Virus record (IMG/VR): IMGVR_UViG_3300027467_000624
Length of the DNA stretch: 64,000 nucleotides
Source: a virus
Strand: one strand, 5' to 3'
Position numbers and translations under genes: made by a program. The notes beneath the pieces were generated by a model. It made no database searches and was not told where the DNA came from. It saw nothing but the letters and a program-made list of their open reading frames with translations. Numbering within the stretch: position 1 is the first letter of the stretch; each line of letters begins with the position of its first letter. Shown here piece by piece: positions 1-6,405 of the stretch.

Positions 1-235
1 TGACAATAATGTCAGTTTGACCTTCTAACTTTTTCTTGAGCCATTCTTTAACTTCAAGACCAAGTGCCTTTTCTTTAGCATCAGTTGTTCTGCTCTCTGG
101 GGTATCGACACCAGCAAGACGAATTCTTTTTTCTAAACTTATAGAGAACCCCAGATCAATAGCAGCATCTATTGTATCTCCATCCACAACTTTTAAAACA
201 GATTTAATTCTGTAGATATAAGGATCCTTATCCAT
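1..235 (-). CDS. Thermonuclease/SNase-like nuclease, runs off window edge (not in ORF track)
   Basis: Manual translation MDKDPYIYRIKSVLKVVDGDTIDAAIDLGFSISLEKRIRLAGVDTPESRT; VVDGDT and RLAGVDTPE are SNase motifs; ATG overlaps upstream TAA. Confidence 0.8.
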   Translation of the reverse strand, partial: MDKDPYIYRIKSVLKVVDGDTIDAAIDLGFSISLEKRIRLAGVDTPESRTTDAKEKALGLEVKEWLKKKLEGQTDIIV

Positions 236-447
236 TAGAAGGGCAACTTAAACTTCTCACTATTTAGTTTTGGAATAGGTAATTTTTCAAATGCTTTATT
301 GACTTGGTTCTCTACAACCTTACCAACAAACTGTTCTGGGTTATTCAGAATCTTCTGTGCTTTTTGGTAGGTGATATATGCTCCTACACCAATCGCAGCA
401 CTAATGCTCAGACTTGTGAGTGATAGTATCAGACTTAAATGCTTCAT
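235..447 (-). CDS. Small membrane-anchored hypothetical protein
   Basis: 70 aa, N-terminal hydrophobic helix, coupled to next gene by TAATG overlap. Confidence 0.7.
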   Translation of the reverse strand: MKHLSLILSLTSLSISAAIGVGAYITYQKAQKILNNPEQFVGKVVENQVNKAFEKLPIPKLNSEKFKLPF

Positions 448-549
448 CGTTCATCTCCTTATGTGCTAAATTTAATATGTAGTAAATGCAATATGCCGTA
501 AAAGCAAGACCGCAAGATAAAATTATAACAACTCCCCAAGGAAAATCCA

Positions 550-1308
550 TTAATACTTACCCTCAGTACAATACTCTACTTTCTTATTTGGATAATAAGG
601 ATACTTACCTTCTTGTGGTTTCATCCATCCACAACCAATCAACCAATCCATCGTCATTGGTGTAGGACGAATTTGATCCCACAGAGGTCCCTTGGAGCAC
701 ATCTCTAACTTTTCAGCAGTAACATTCGATTGTTCTTCTGCCCAGTTTGCATCTGCTTCCCAAGGAATTGCACGACTTTGCATCATTGATTCATAAGTTA
801 ATCTAGTTTGCTTCATTACCCAAGCAGGTATTTCACTATCTTGATGCACTTGTGCCATAAAGGATGTTTGCAATCCACCACCCATACAGTCTTGAACCAC
901 ATGCCATCCTTCATGCCTCATCGTTCCTAGAAACTCTCTAGGATCTTTGAGAAGAGTTTCATTTACAAAGAAACGATTATAGTTTGGTTTATATAATCCT
1001 ACTGTTCTTGGTGTAAAATATCTTTCCTCTGCGACATATACAGGGACATTTACACTATCAAGAGCAGAAATAATTCTTTTTAGTTCTTCTCTGAATGGAT
1101 CAAAGTCGGGATCATTTAATAGTTCAGAATCTACCGTGAGTTTTTCTATACCCTCAGTGCATTCTAGGAGTATCATACAACCCATTGCCTCTGCACTATA
1201 AGGTCTTACTGTTGGTTGTTTTGGTTCTAACGATGATGCTATAGCAGGAAATGCTAAAGATAAAACTAAACCAATTGAGGTGAATAACTTTTTCATTCGT
1301 TCCACCAA
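550..1308 (-). CDS. Signal-peptide protein with HEXXH zinc-metallopeptidase motif
   Basis: N-terminal signal-like segment; MRHEGWHVVQDC, downstream WEADA glutamate. Confidence 0.6.
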   Translation of the reverse strand: MVERMKKLFTSIGLVLSLAFPAIASSLEPKQPTVRPYSAEAMGCMILLECTEGIEKLTVDSELLNDPDFDPFREELKRIISALDSVNVPVYVAEERYFTPRTVGLYKPNYNRFFVNETLLKDPREFLGTMRHEGWHVVQDCMGGGLQTSFMAQVHQDSEIPAWVMKQTRLTYESMMQSRAIPWEADANWAEEQSNVTAEKLEMCSKGPLWDQIRPTPMTMDWLIGCGWMKPQEGKYPYYPNKKVEYCTEGKY

Positions 1309-1493
1309 CCTTCTTCTTTGTGTATCCAGATTTTCAAATCTTTGACATATTTTCTCAAGATCTGGGCCTGTTCTTCATGCCAAAAATCACCCGTCTCCAT
1401 GTGAAGACGGGTGTGATTATCTATAGCTTTGAGTATTTGGTGGATTGGAGCATTCCAACACTCTCGTTTAGGAGTGTTCCATTCTCTTGGCAT
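1293..1493 (-). CDS. Hypothetical protein (66 aa)
   Basis: ORF track; co-oriented and overlapping neighbours. Confidence 0.6.
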   Translation of the reverse strand: MPREWNTPKRECWNAPIHQILKAIDNHTRLHMETGDFWHEEQAQILRKYVKDLKIWIHKEEGWWNE

Positions 1494-1600
1494 GGGTATG
1501 TAAATGTGTAAATTTGATTTTCACTTAAAAAATCAGTTTGGCATAAATCAGAACCAACTATCACATGCCCAACAATAGTCAAAGTCACAAACTCAATCAT
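1421..1600 (-). CDS. Small hypothetical protein (59 aa)
   Basis: Manual translation MIEFVTLTIVGHVIVGSDLCQTDF; ATGA coupling to upstream ORF; overlaps next ORF by 73 nt. Confidence 0.4.
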   Translation of the reverse strand: MIEFVTLTIVGHVIVGSDLCQTDFLSENQIYTFTYPCQENGTLLNESVGMLQSTKYSKL

Positions 1601-1704
1601 TTTTTCTTTCCACCATTCTTTGCCTTTTTGGCAGTTGCGTTGCCTTGATTTTGTTTGGGTTGTTTACCAGATCCTTTCTTACCTTTATTTGCCGATTTTG
1701 CCAT
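1597..1704 (-). CDS. Small basic protein (35 aa)
   Basis: MAKSANKGRKGSGKQPKQNQGNATAKKAKNGGKKK; start overlaps upstream TGA. Confidence 0.55.
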   Translation of the reverse strand: MAKSANKGKKGSGKQPKQNQGNATAKKAKNGGKKK

Positions 1705-2111
1705 CAGAGATCTCCTCTCTGAAATGGTTTTTCTTCATCAACCTTTGCTTCAAGTGCTTCCACTCTCTCTTCAAGTGATGCATCAGAATCAACTAAAGGT
1801 AATTCTTCAGTTCTCGTTTGAATTGGTTCTTCCCAAACAAGTTCTGGAGGAGAAGGAGGAGAAGGAGGAGTTTCTACAACCTCTTCTCTTCTAGGTTCTG
1901 GTTTTTTTTCATCCTCATCATCACCACCTTTTTTCATAGTATTAATACCAAAGGTAGCAGCAGATGCGGTGAATACAGTAGCAATAAATGTTGGGTCCAT
2001 CTTAGAAAGAGCACCAGCATAACTTGCAGTAAGTAATGCAGCAGACCATCCAAGAATAGCAACACGAATCACAGTATTCATACATGTTTCCCTTTTCTTT
2101 TGTTTATCCAT
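1704..2111 (-). CDS. Two-TM membrane protein with acidic Pro-rich tail (holin-like candidate)
   Basis: Two hydrophobic segments then charged tail; directly downstream of lysozyme. Confidence 0.55.
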   Translation of the reverse strand: MDKQKKRETCMNTVIRVAILGWSAALLTASYAGALSKMDPTFIATVFTASAATFGINTMKKGGDDEDEKKPEPRREEVVETPPSPPSPPELVWEEPIQTRTEELPLVDSDASLEERVEALEAKVDEEKPFQRGDL

Positions 2112-2204
2112 CAGTCCGTGTGATGATGTTCTACCTGATATTTAGGTTAATTAGAAGTGCTATCAACTCCCGAGTTGTTTCAACTAAATGGTTGAAACTA
2201 TTTA

Positions 2205-2660
2205 TCATCCCTTCTTCCAAGATTCACCTTCTGCTTTTCTTCTACGAGCAAGACCTGCTTCCACATTTGAACCAGGATTTCGGTAGAGATAAAGAGCATC
2301 AGGAACTAAATCCCACTCTTTATTTTTCAGGCGTTTAGTAATAGTATTAAAGTTATCACCACCGTAAAAACCGGCACCAAGATTATAAGCAAAGCTGAGC
2401 AAAGCGCCTCTTTTTCCATCTGACATCTCGTTCCAATGTGGGATTTTGCGAAGTGATGGAAGGAACTGATTCTTACACTGTTCAATCAGAAGTTCATCTG
2501 CTTCTTGCTGAGTTAAAGTATCACCAAGTTTAAATGACGAACCATCTTTCTTACGGGTTGATCCCCAACCAATTGTGATTGGAAGTCCTCCAGTTAGGGG
2601 ATCAGGATAAGCATTTAAATGACATCCTTCAAACTCTTTGATTAGTTTAATGCCCATCAT
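2205..2660 (-). CDS. GH24 phage lysozyme domain; probably the -1 frame C-terminal part of the gene starting at 2932
   Basis: IKEFEGCHLNAYPDPLTGGLPITIGWGST (E-x8-D-x-T catalytic region), GLARRRKAE C-terminus; frame open upstream through 2717. Confidence 0.9.
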   Translation of the reverse strand: MMGIKLIKEFEGCHLNAYPDPLTGGLPITIGWGSTRKKDGSSFKLGDTLTQQEADELLIEQCKNQFLPSLRKIPHWNEMSDGKRGALLSFAYNLGAGFYGGDNFNTITKRLKNKEWDLVPDALYLYRNPGSNVEAGLARRRKAEGESWKKG

Positions 2661-2683
2661 TGGAACATCATCACTACCTGTTT

Positions 2684-2723
2684 GGGCAGCACCAGTAGAA
2701 GGAGCTGCCCCTCCTACTTTCCC
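2684..2723 (-). promoter_or_regulatory. Putative -1 programmed ribosomal frameshift signal (slippery heptamer plus stem-loop)
   Basis: mRNA reads CUG GGA AAG UAG: heptamer G GGA AAG at 2723-2717, 6-nt spacer, GGGCAGC/GCUGCCC stem (2710-2704 / 2690-2684). Confidence 0.7.
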
Positions 2724-2932
2724 AGTGGTTTACCACAATGAGGGCACACCTCTGCAGCAGCAGAAGCAGAGGCTGGTTGTGCTTTCTTGCCTCTGTAAAT
2801 CTCTGCCCAATCCACATTGTCTTCAAGATAATCATTTGGAAGATTATCTTCTAACCACTGAACTGCTTTAACGTGGTTGGGGTTCTTCTCGTCATAAAAT
2901 TTGAAGAAGTTATGTAAGTCGATTCTTGCCAT
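2714..2932 (-). CDS. 72-aa zero-frame product: shared N-terminal module, Ala linker, CPHCGKPLGK
   Basis: ORF track; N-terminus nearly identical to that of 3031..3702. Confidence 0.8.
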   Translation of the reverse strand: MARIDLHNFFKFYDEKNPNHVKAVQWLEDNLPNDYLEDNVDWAEIYRGKKAQPASASAAAEVCPHCGKPLGK

Positions 2933-3017
2933 TGTTGTCTCCGAAATACCGTTGATAAAGTTCGTTTGCTTCTATATGCTTACCATTATTTGTAAGATCT
3001 TTAATCACTTTAAGCAT
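2910..3017 (-). CDS. Tiny hypothetical protein (35 aa, MLKVIKDLTNNGKHIEANELYQRYFG)
   Basis: Sits between the two module-bearing genes; ORF-track start at 3146 overlaps the upstream gene. Confidence 0.5.
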   Translation of the reverse strand: MLKVIKDLTNNGKHIEANELYQRYFGDNNGKNRLT

Positions 3018-3030
3018 CTTTCGTTTAAAA

Positions 3031-3702
3031 TTAATCGAAGATTCGTCCCCATCCGTCAGACCCGTTAGGGGCCCAACGGTGCTTAAGAACTGCTTTTGTG
3101 TAAATAGTCTTCTTACCATTTTCAACTGGACCACTATAATTGTCATTTAATGATCCGTATGGATCATTAATATAATACCCCTTACCGTCTGGAGTTTTAC
3201 CAATCACAACACACATATGCCCACCAGTAGGTGCAGAAAGAGAACCCCTATGGAGTATGCCAATAATAACGGGCTTCCCATCGTCCAAACTTTTATCGAT
3301 ATCATCAAAAGATAAATTGTAACTAAAGTGTGACTTAACACCATAACTTGCCAGAACCTTCGTCTGTACGGCATGGTCAGTCGTATCACCAATTGCAAAT
3401 ACTTTCTTAACGTATTCATCATCACCTTTAATTGAACCTGGTTTCAAATAAGCAAGGCACATTGCACAGGAAGATGAGTTACAAGTTCTATGTGCATCTC
3501 TGTAGTTATCTACCTGATTAAAATAAGGAACAGGCAACACTGCAGGTGTAGGTGGAGCAGTCCTAAAAATACCCACCCAATCGGATTGCGAATCATCCAG
3601 GAACTTATCTGGAAGATTATCCTCCAACCACTGAACTGCAGCAACGTGGTTGGGGTTCTTATCATCATAAAACTTAAAAAAGTTATGAAGATCGATTTGC
3701 AT
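3031..3702 (-). CDS. C39-like (papain-fold) peptidase with shared N-terminal module; probable cell-wall hydrolase
   Basis: VPYFNQ...TCNSSSCAMCL, GGHMCVVIG, YINDPYG = Gln/Cys, His, Asp pattern of the C39_2 family. Confidence 0.8.
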   Translation of the reverse strand: MQIDLHNFFKFYDDKNPNHVAAVQWLEDNLPDKFLDDSQSDWVGIFRTAPPTPAVLPVPYFNQVDNYRDAHRTCNSSSCAMCLAYLKPGSIKGDDEYVKKVFAIGDTTDHAVQTKVLASYGVKSHFSYNLSFDDIDKSLDDGKPVIIGILHRGSLSAPTGGHMCVVIGKTPDGKGYYINDPYGSLNDNYSGPVENGKKTIYTKAVLKHRWAPNGSDGWGRIFD

Positions 3703-3747
3703 ATTAATACCTAAATTATTATACTATATCTAGTAATTTATATATAA

Positions 3748-4350
3748 TTAATTGATTTTTAATTGAGTTAATTGATCTGGATCTCCAAAGTTTCCAGATA
3801 TGAATGTATTAAAAGATATACTTATTCTATCATTATCTTTTTCATTTTTTGGAACATAATGTTCAAGGTCAGATGAAAAAAGAACAATATCATTTTTTTT
3901 CACTGGCAATTTCCACTGACTAGAATTATATCTAGTCCATTCCTGTGGAATAATTTGAATCATTTTATGATCAGATTTAGAAAAAGTAATTATTTCTTCA
4001 TCACCACTTAAATATAAAACTCCACTAATAAAACTATTAGGATGCTTATGTGGATGATGTGACTGATCTTTTTTTGTAATGTTAATCCAAGATTGTGTTA
4101 TGTATATAAGTACTTTATCTAAAGGATTTGGATCATAAATTTTTTCAATAAACTCTTGACATCTTTTAGTAAGTTCATGTTTTAAAATTTTCAAGTTTTC
4201 ATGATTTAAAACATAATTATCTTCACTACAAATATTATAATAATTTGATGTCATTTTAAATGATTCAAATGTATTCTTTTCAATACCTGTAAAATTTCTA
4301 TTCAATTGCGTTTTTCCAACTATAGTTGGAAAAAGTTCAATAATTTCCAT
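3748..4350 (-). CDS. 2OG-Fe(II) oxygenase (TIGR02466-like)
   Basis: HHPHKHPNSFISGVLYL, HYV, RISISFN motifs. Confidence 0.85.
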   Translation of the reverse strand: MEIIELFPTIVGKTQLNRNFTGIEKNTFESFKMTSNYYNICSEDNYVLNHENLKILKHELTKRCQEFIEKIYDPNPLDKVLIYITQSWINITKKDQSHHPHKHPNSFISGVLYLSGDEEIITFSKSDHKMIQIIPQEWTRYNSSQWKLPVKKNDIVLFSSDLEHYVPKNEKDNDRISISFNTFISGNFGDPDQLTQLKIN

Positions 4351-4380
4351 ATTTAAAATTAAATTTGTAAAATATTTTAT

Positions 4381-4539
4381 CTAATATCTAAATTCTTCTA
4401 TCTTATCCAATAGTTCATTTAAATGTTTATTTGCAAATGTTTTTGGGTCTGAAGTGAAGTATGGTTGATTATTTAATTTATGTTTTTGTTTTAAAATTAA
4501 ATATTTAATATCATCTTTTGTTATTTGATTTCTTGGCAT
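4381..4539 (-). CDS. Small hypothetical protein (52 aa), paralog of 23313..23474
   Basis: MPRNQITKDDIK...ANKHLNELLDKIEEFRY by manual translation. Confidence 0.6.
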   Translation of the reverse strand: MPRNQITKDDIKYLILKQKHKLNNQPYFTSDPKTFANKHLNELLDKIEEFRY

Positions 4540-4580
4540 AAAAAAGAAAACTCTGCGACCTATTTAGACCGCAGAGTTTT
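4540..4580 (-). terminator. Intrinsic terminator
   Basis: AAAACTCTGCG / CGCAGAGTTTT inverted repeat (4547-4557, 4570-4580) followed by TTTCTTTTTT on minus; CTAAATA late-promoter-like word in the loop. Confidence 0.65.
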
Positions 4581-4620
4581 AAATTAAATATACTGTATTA
4601 TTTAAAAATTATATTATTAC

Positions 4621-5160
4621 TTATACAGTTGTACCTACCTTGACAGAAGATGTCACATATTCAAACACTGAATCTGGAGTTGTTACTTCATATGGATCAG
4701 TGTCTGCATTATCACTTTTATTATTTTCTACAAATAGTTTTTCAATAATGCCATTATTCACAACAGCAGCATAACGCCAAGACCTGTCACCAAATCCAAG
4801 ATTAGACTTATTGACGAGCATACCCATAGAACGTGTGAAGTAAGCATTTCCGTCTGGGATGAGTTTTACTTTCTCAATGTTCTGGTCCTGTGCCCAGGCA
4901 TTCATCACAAACCCATCATTAACAGAGATGCAGTAAATATCGTCGATGCCACTACCAATAAAGTCGTCGTATTTCTCTTCGAATCCAGGTAACTGATAGG
5001 CACTGCAAGTAGGAGTGAAAGCACCAGGCAGGCTAAAAATGACAACACGTTTGCCATTGAACAGATCAGCAGATGTTTTATTTACAAATTCACCAGATTC
5101 ACGAAACACAAATTGAACTTGAGGGATTTCGTATCCTTCTCTACGCATAGAAACTTCCAT
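4621..5160 (-). CDS. Peroxiredoxin (type II / Prx5-like)
   Basis: LPGAFTPTCS, CISVNDGFVMNAW, FGDRSWRYA motifs; start 5160 or 5148 (ORF-track start overlaps hli). Confidence 0.9.
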   Translation of the reverse strand: MEVSMRREGYEIPQVQFVFRESGEFVNKTSADLFNGKRVVIFSLPGAFTPTCSAYQLPGFEEKYDDFIGSGIDDIYCISVNDGFVMNAWAQDQNIEKVKLIPDGNAYFTRSMGMLVNKSNLGFGDRSWRYAAVVNNGIIEKLFVENNKSDNADTDPYEVTTPDSVFEYVTSSVKVGTTV

Positions 5161-5210
5161 ATTTTTATTTGTCCTATTCAAAAATTTATTAATAACAGTA
5201 TTAAATTTCA

Positions 5211-5330
5211 TCACCAAATTCCAGGAATTACTTGACCAGTCAGAAGATAAGAACCTGCAGCTGCAAGAAATCCCATCATTGCAAAACGACCATTCCAACG
5301 TTCGGCAGTTTCAGTAAAAATTTTACTCAT
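5211..5330 (-). CDS. hli: High-light-inducible protein (39 aa; not in ORF track)
   Basis: MSKIFTETAERWNGRFAMMGFLAAAGSYLLTGQVIPGIW; AExxNGRxAMxG chlorophyll-binding motif. Confidence 0.93.
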   Translation of the reverse strand: MSKIFTETAERWNGRFAMMGFLAAAGSYLLTGQVIPGIW

Positions 5331-5375
5331 TTGTTTTTCTCCTTTAATTAGTTTACTTTAAAATAGATAGATGTT

Positions 5376-5510
5376 TCACCAATGCTTATAAAGTTTAGGG
5401 GCAAGGTAAGGTTGAGTGAAAACTTGTTTAAATGACATAGTTTTCAATTCTTCTTTTTGTTCTGGGGATAAAGATCCCCATCGAAGATAGGCAAAAATAT
5501 ACTTAAGCAT
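5376..5510 (-). CDS. Small hypothetical protein (44 aa)
   Basis: [23 protein letters not shown] by manual translation; fills the operon gap. Confidence 0.45.
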   Translation of the reverse strand: MLKYIFAYLRWGSLSPEQKEELKTMSFKQVFTQPYLAPKLYKHW

Positions 5511-5769
5511 TATATGGATGTTTTTGTTTTAGTTCAGGATTTGATTCTGAAGGAACGATTGGATTCCTTGATTTATTTTTAATTACAATGAAAGCATCGT
5601 TTTGGTAAGATACAGTTCCAAATGGTTTTGCCCATTTTGGATTTGCATTTGGACTAGTAGCAGTTCCTGTTACTGCTACTCCTCCAATCTCTACAGAGAT
5701 ATCATCATCAAATCCCCATCCAAGTTCTTGAAGGGCAATTCCAAGTTGCCCAAGCATTCCAGGACTCAC
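5503..5769 (-). CDS. Hypothetical protein (88 aa)
   Basis: ORF track; ATGA coupling with petF. Confidence 0.65.
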   Translation of the reverse strand: MSPGMLGQLGIALQELGWGFDDDISVEIGGVAVTGTATSPNANPKWAKPFGTVSYQNDAFIVIKNKSRNPIVPSESNPELKQKHPYNA

Positions 5770-6059
5770 AGGTTTTCTTCCTGCTCAGTAAGAATCACAC
5801 AGTCACTGGTCGGGTATGCTACACAAGTGAGTACCCATCCATCAGAAAGTTGCTCATCATCAAGGAAAGATTGCTCCTCATTATCTACAGTACCACTAAT
5901 CAGTTTGCCAGCACAAGCAGAGCAAGCACCTGCCTTACACGACGAAGGAAGATCAACTCCTGCTTCTTCTGCTGCTTCTAGAATATACTGATCATCAGCA
6001 CATTGAATAGTAGTTTCAGTGCCATCAGGGGATTGGAGAGTAACATTAAAAGTGGTCAT
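5766..6059 (-). CDS. petF: Plant-type 2Fe-2S ferredoxin
   Basis: [13 protein letters not shown]...[10 protein letters not shown] motif. Confidence 0.95.
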   Translation of the reverse strand: MTTFNVTLQSPDGTETTIQCADDQYILEAAEEAGVDLPSSCKAGACSACAGKLISGTVDNEEQSFLDDEQLSDGWVLTCVAYPTSDCVILTEQEENL

Positions 6060-6122
6060 TAGTAAGTTTCGCAAATTTTTTCAACGGATGCTGCCAGTAA
6101 AACAAAAAAGGCAACTGATGTT

Positions 6123-6151
6123 ATTGTAAAGATAGTTGAAGTCATTGTCAA
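6123..6151 (-). promoter_or_regulatory. Sigma70-type promoter for petF
   Basis: TTGACA-17-TACAAT. Confidence 0.65.
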
Positions 6152-6154
6152 CCC

Positions 6155-6349
6155 TCAGAAGATCCCGAAGAAGAATTTGTCAGTGAGAGCATAAGAAACA
6201 AAACCAGCAATAATGCCGACCATTGCCCAACGTCCATTATACTTCTCCTTTACTTGGTTAGGTGTATCCATACCATAGTTCTCGTAGTACATGGTGGGTT
6301 CTTTTGCGAACATATTCTGCTGACCATGTTCATTAGTTGTAACTGTCAT
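6155..6349 (-). CDS. hli: High-light-inducible protein
   Basis: EKYNGRWAMVGIIAG motif; N-terminal QQNMFAKEP extension typical of phage HLIPs. Confidence 0.9.
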   Translation of the reverse strand: MTVTTNEHGQQNMFAKEPTMYYENYGMDTPNQVKEKYNGRWAMVGIIAGFVSYALTDKFFFGIF

Positions 6350-6350
6350 G

Positions 6351-6405
6351 ATTGTGAAGATTTATTAACTCTGTTAAATATATAGGAATTGTTAAGATTT
6401 GTCAA
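6351..6405 (-). promoter_or_regulatory. hli promoter with HLR1-like direct repeats
   Basis: TTGACA-17-TATATT; TTGACAAA-N2-TTAACAAT and TTAATAAA-N2-TTCACAAT. Confidence 0.45.

Noticed and set aside
4621-6349. No psbA/psbD near hli and petF
   Set aside because: They may lie outside this window; absence cannot be concluded from a partial genome
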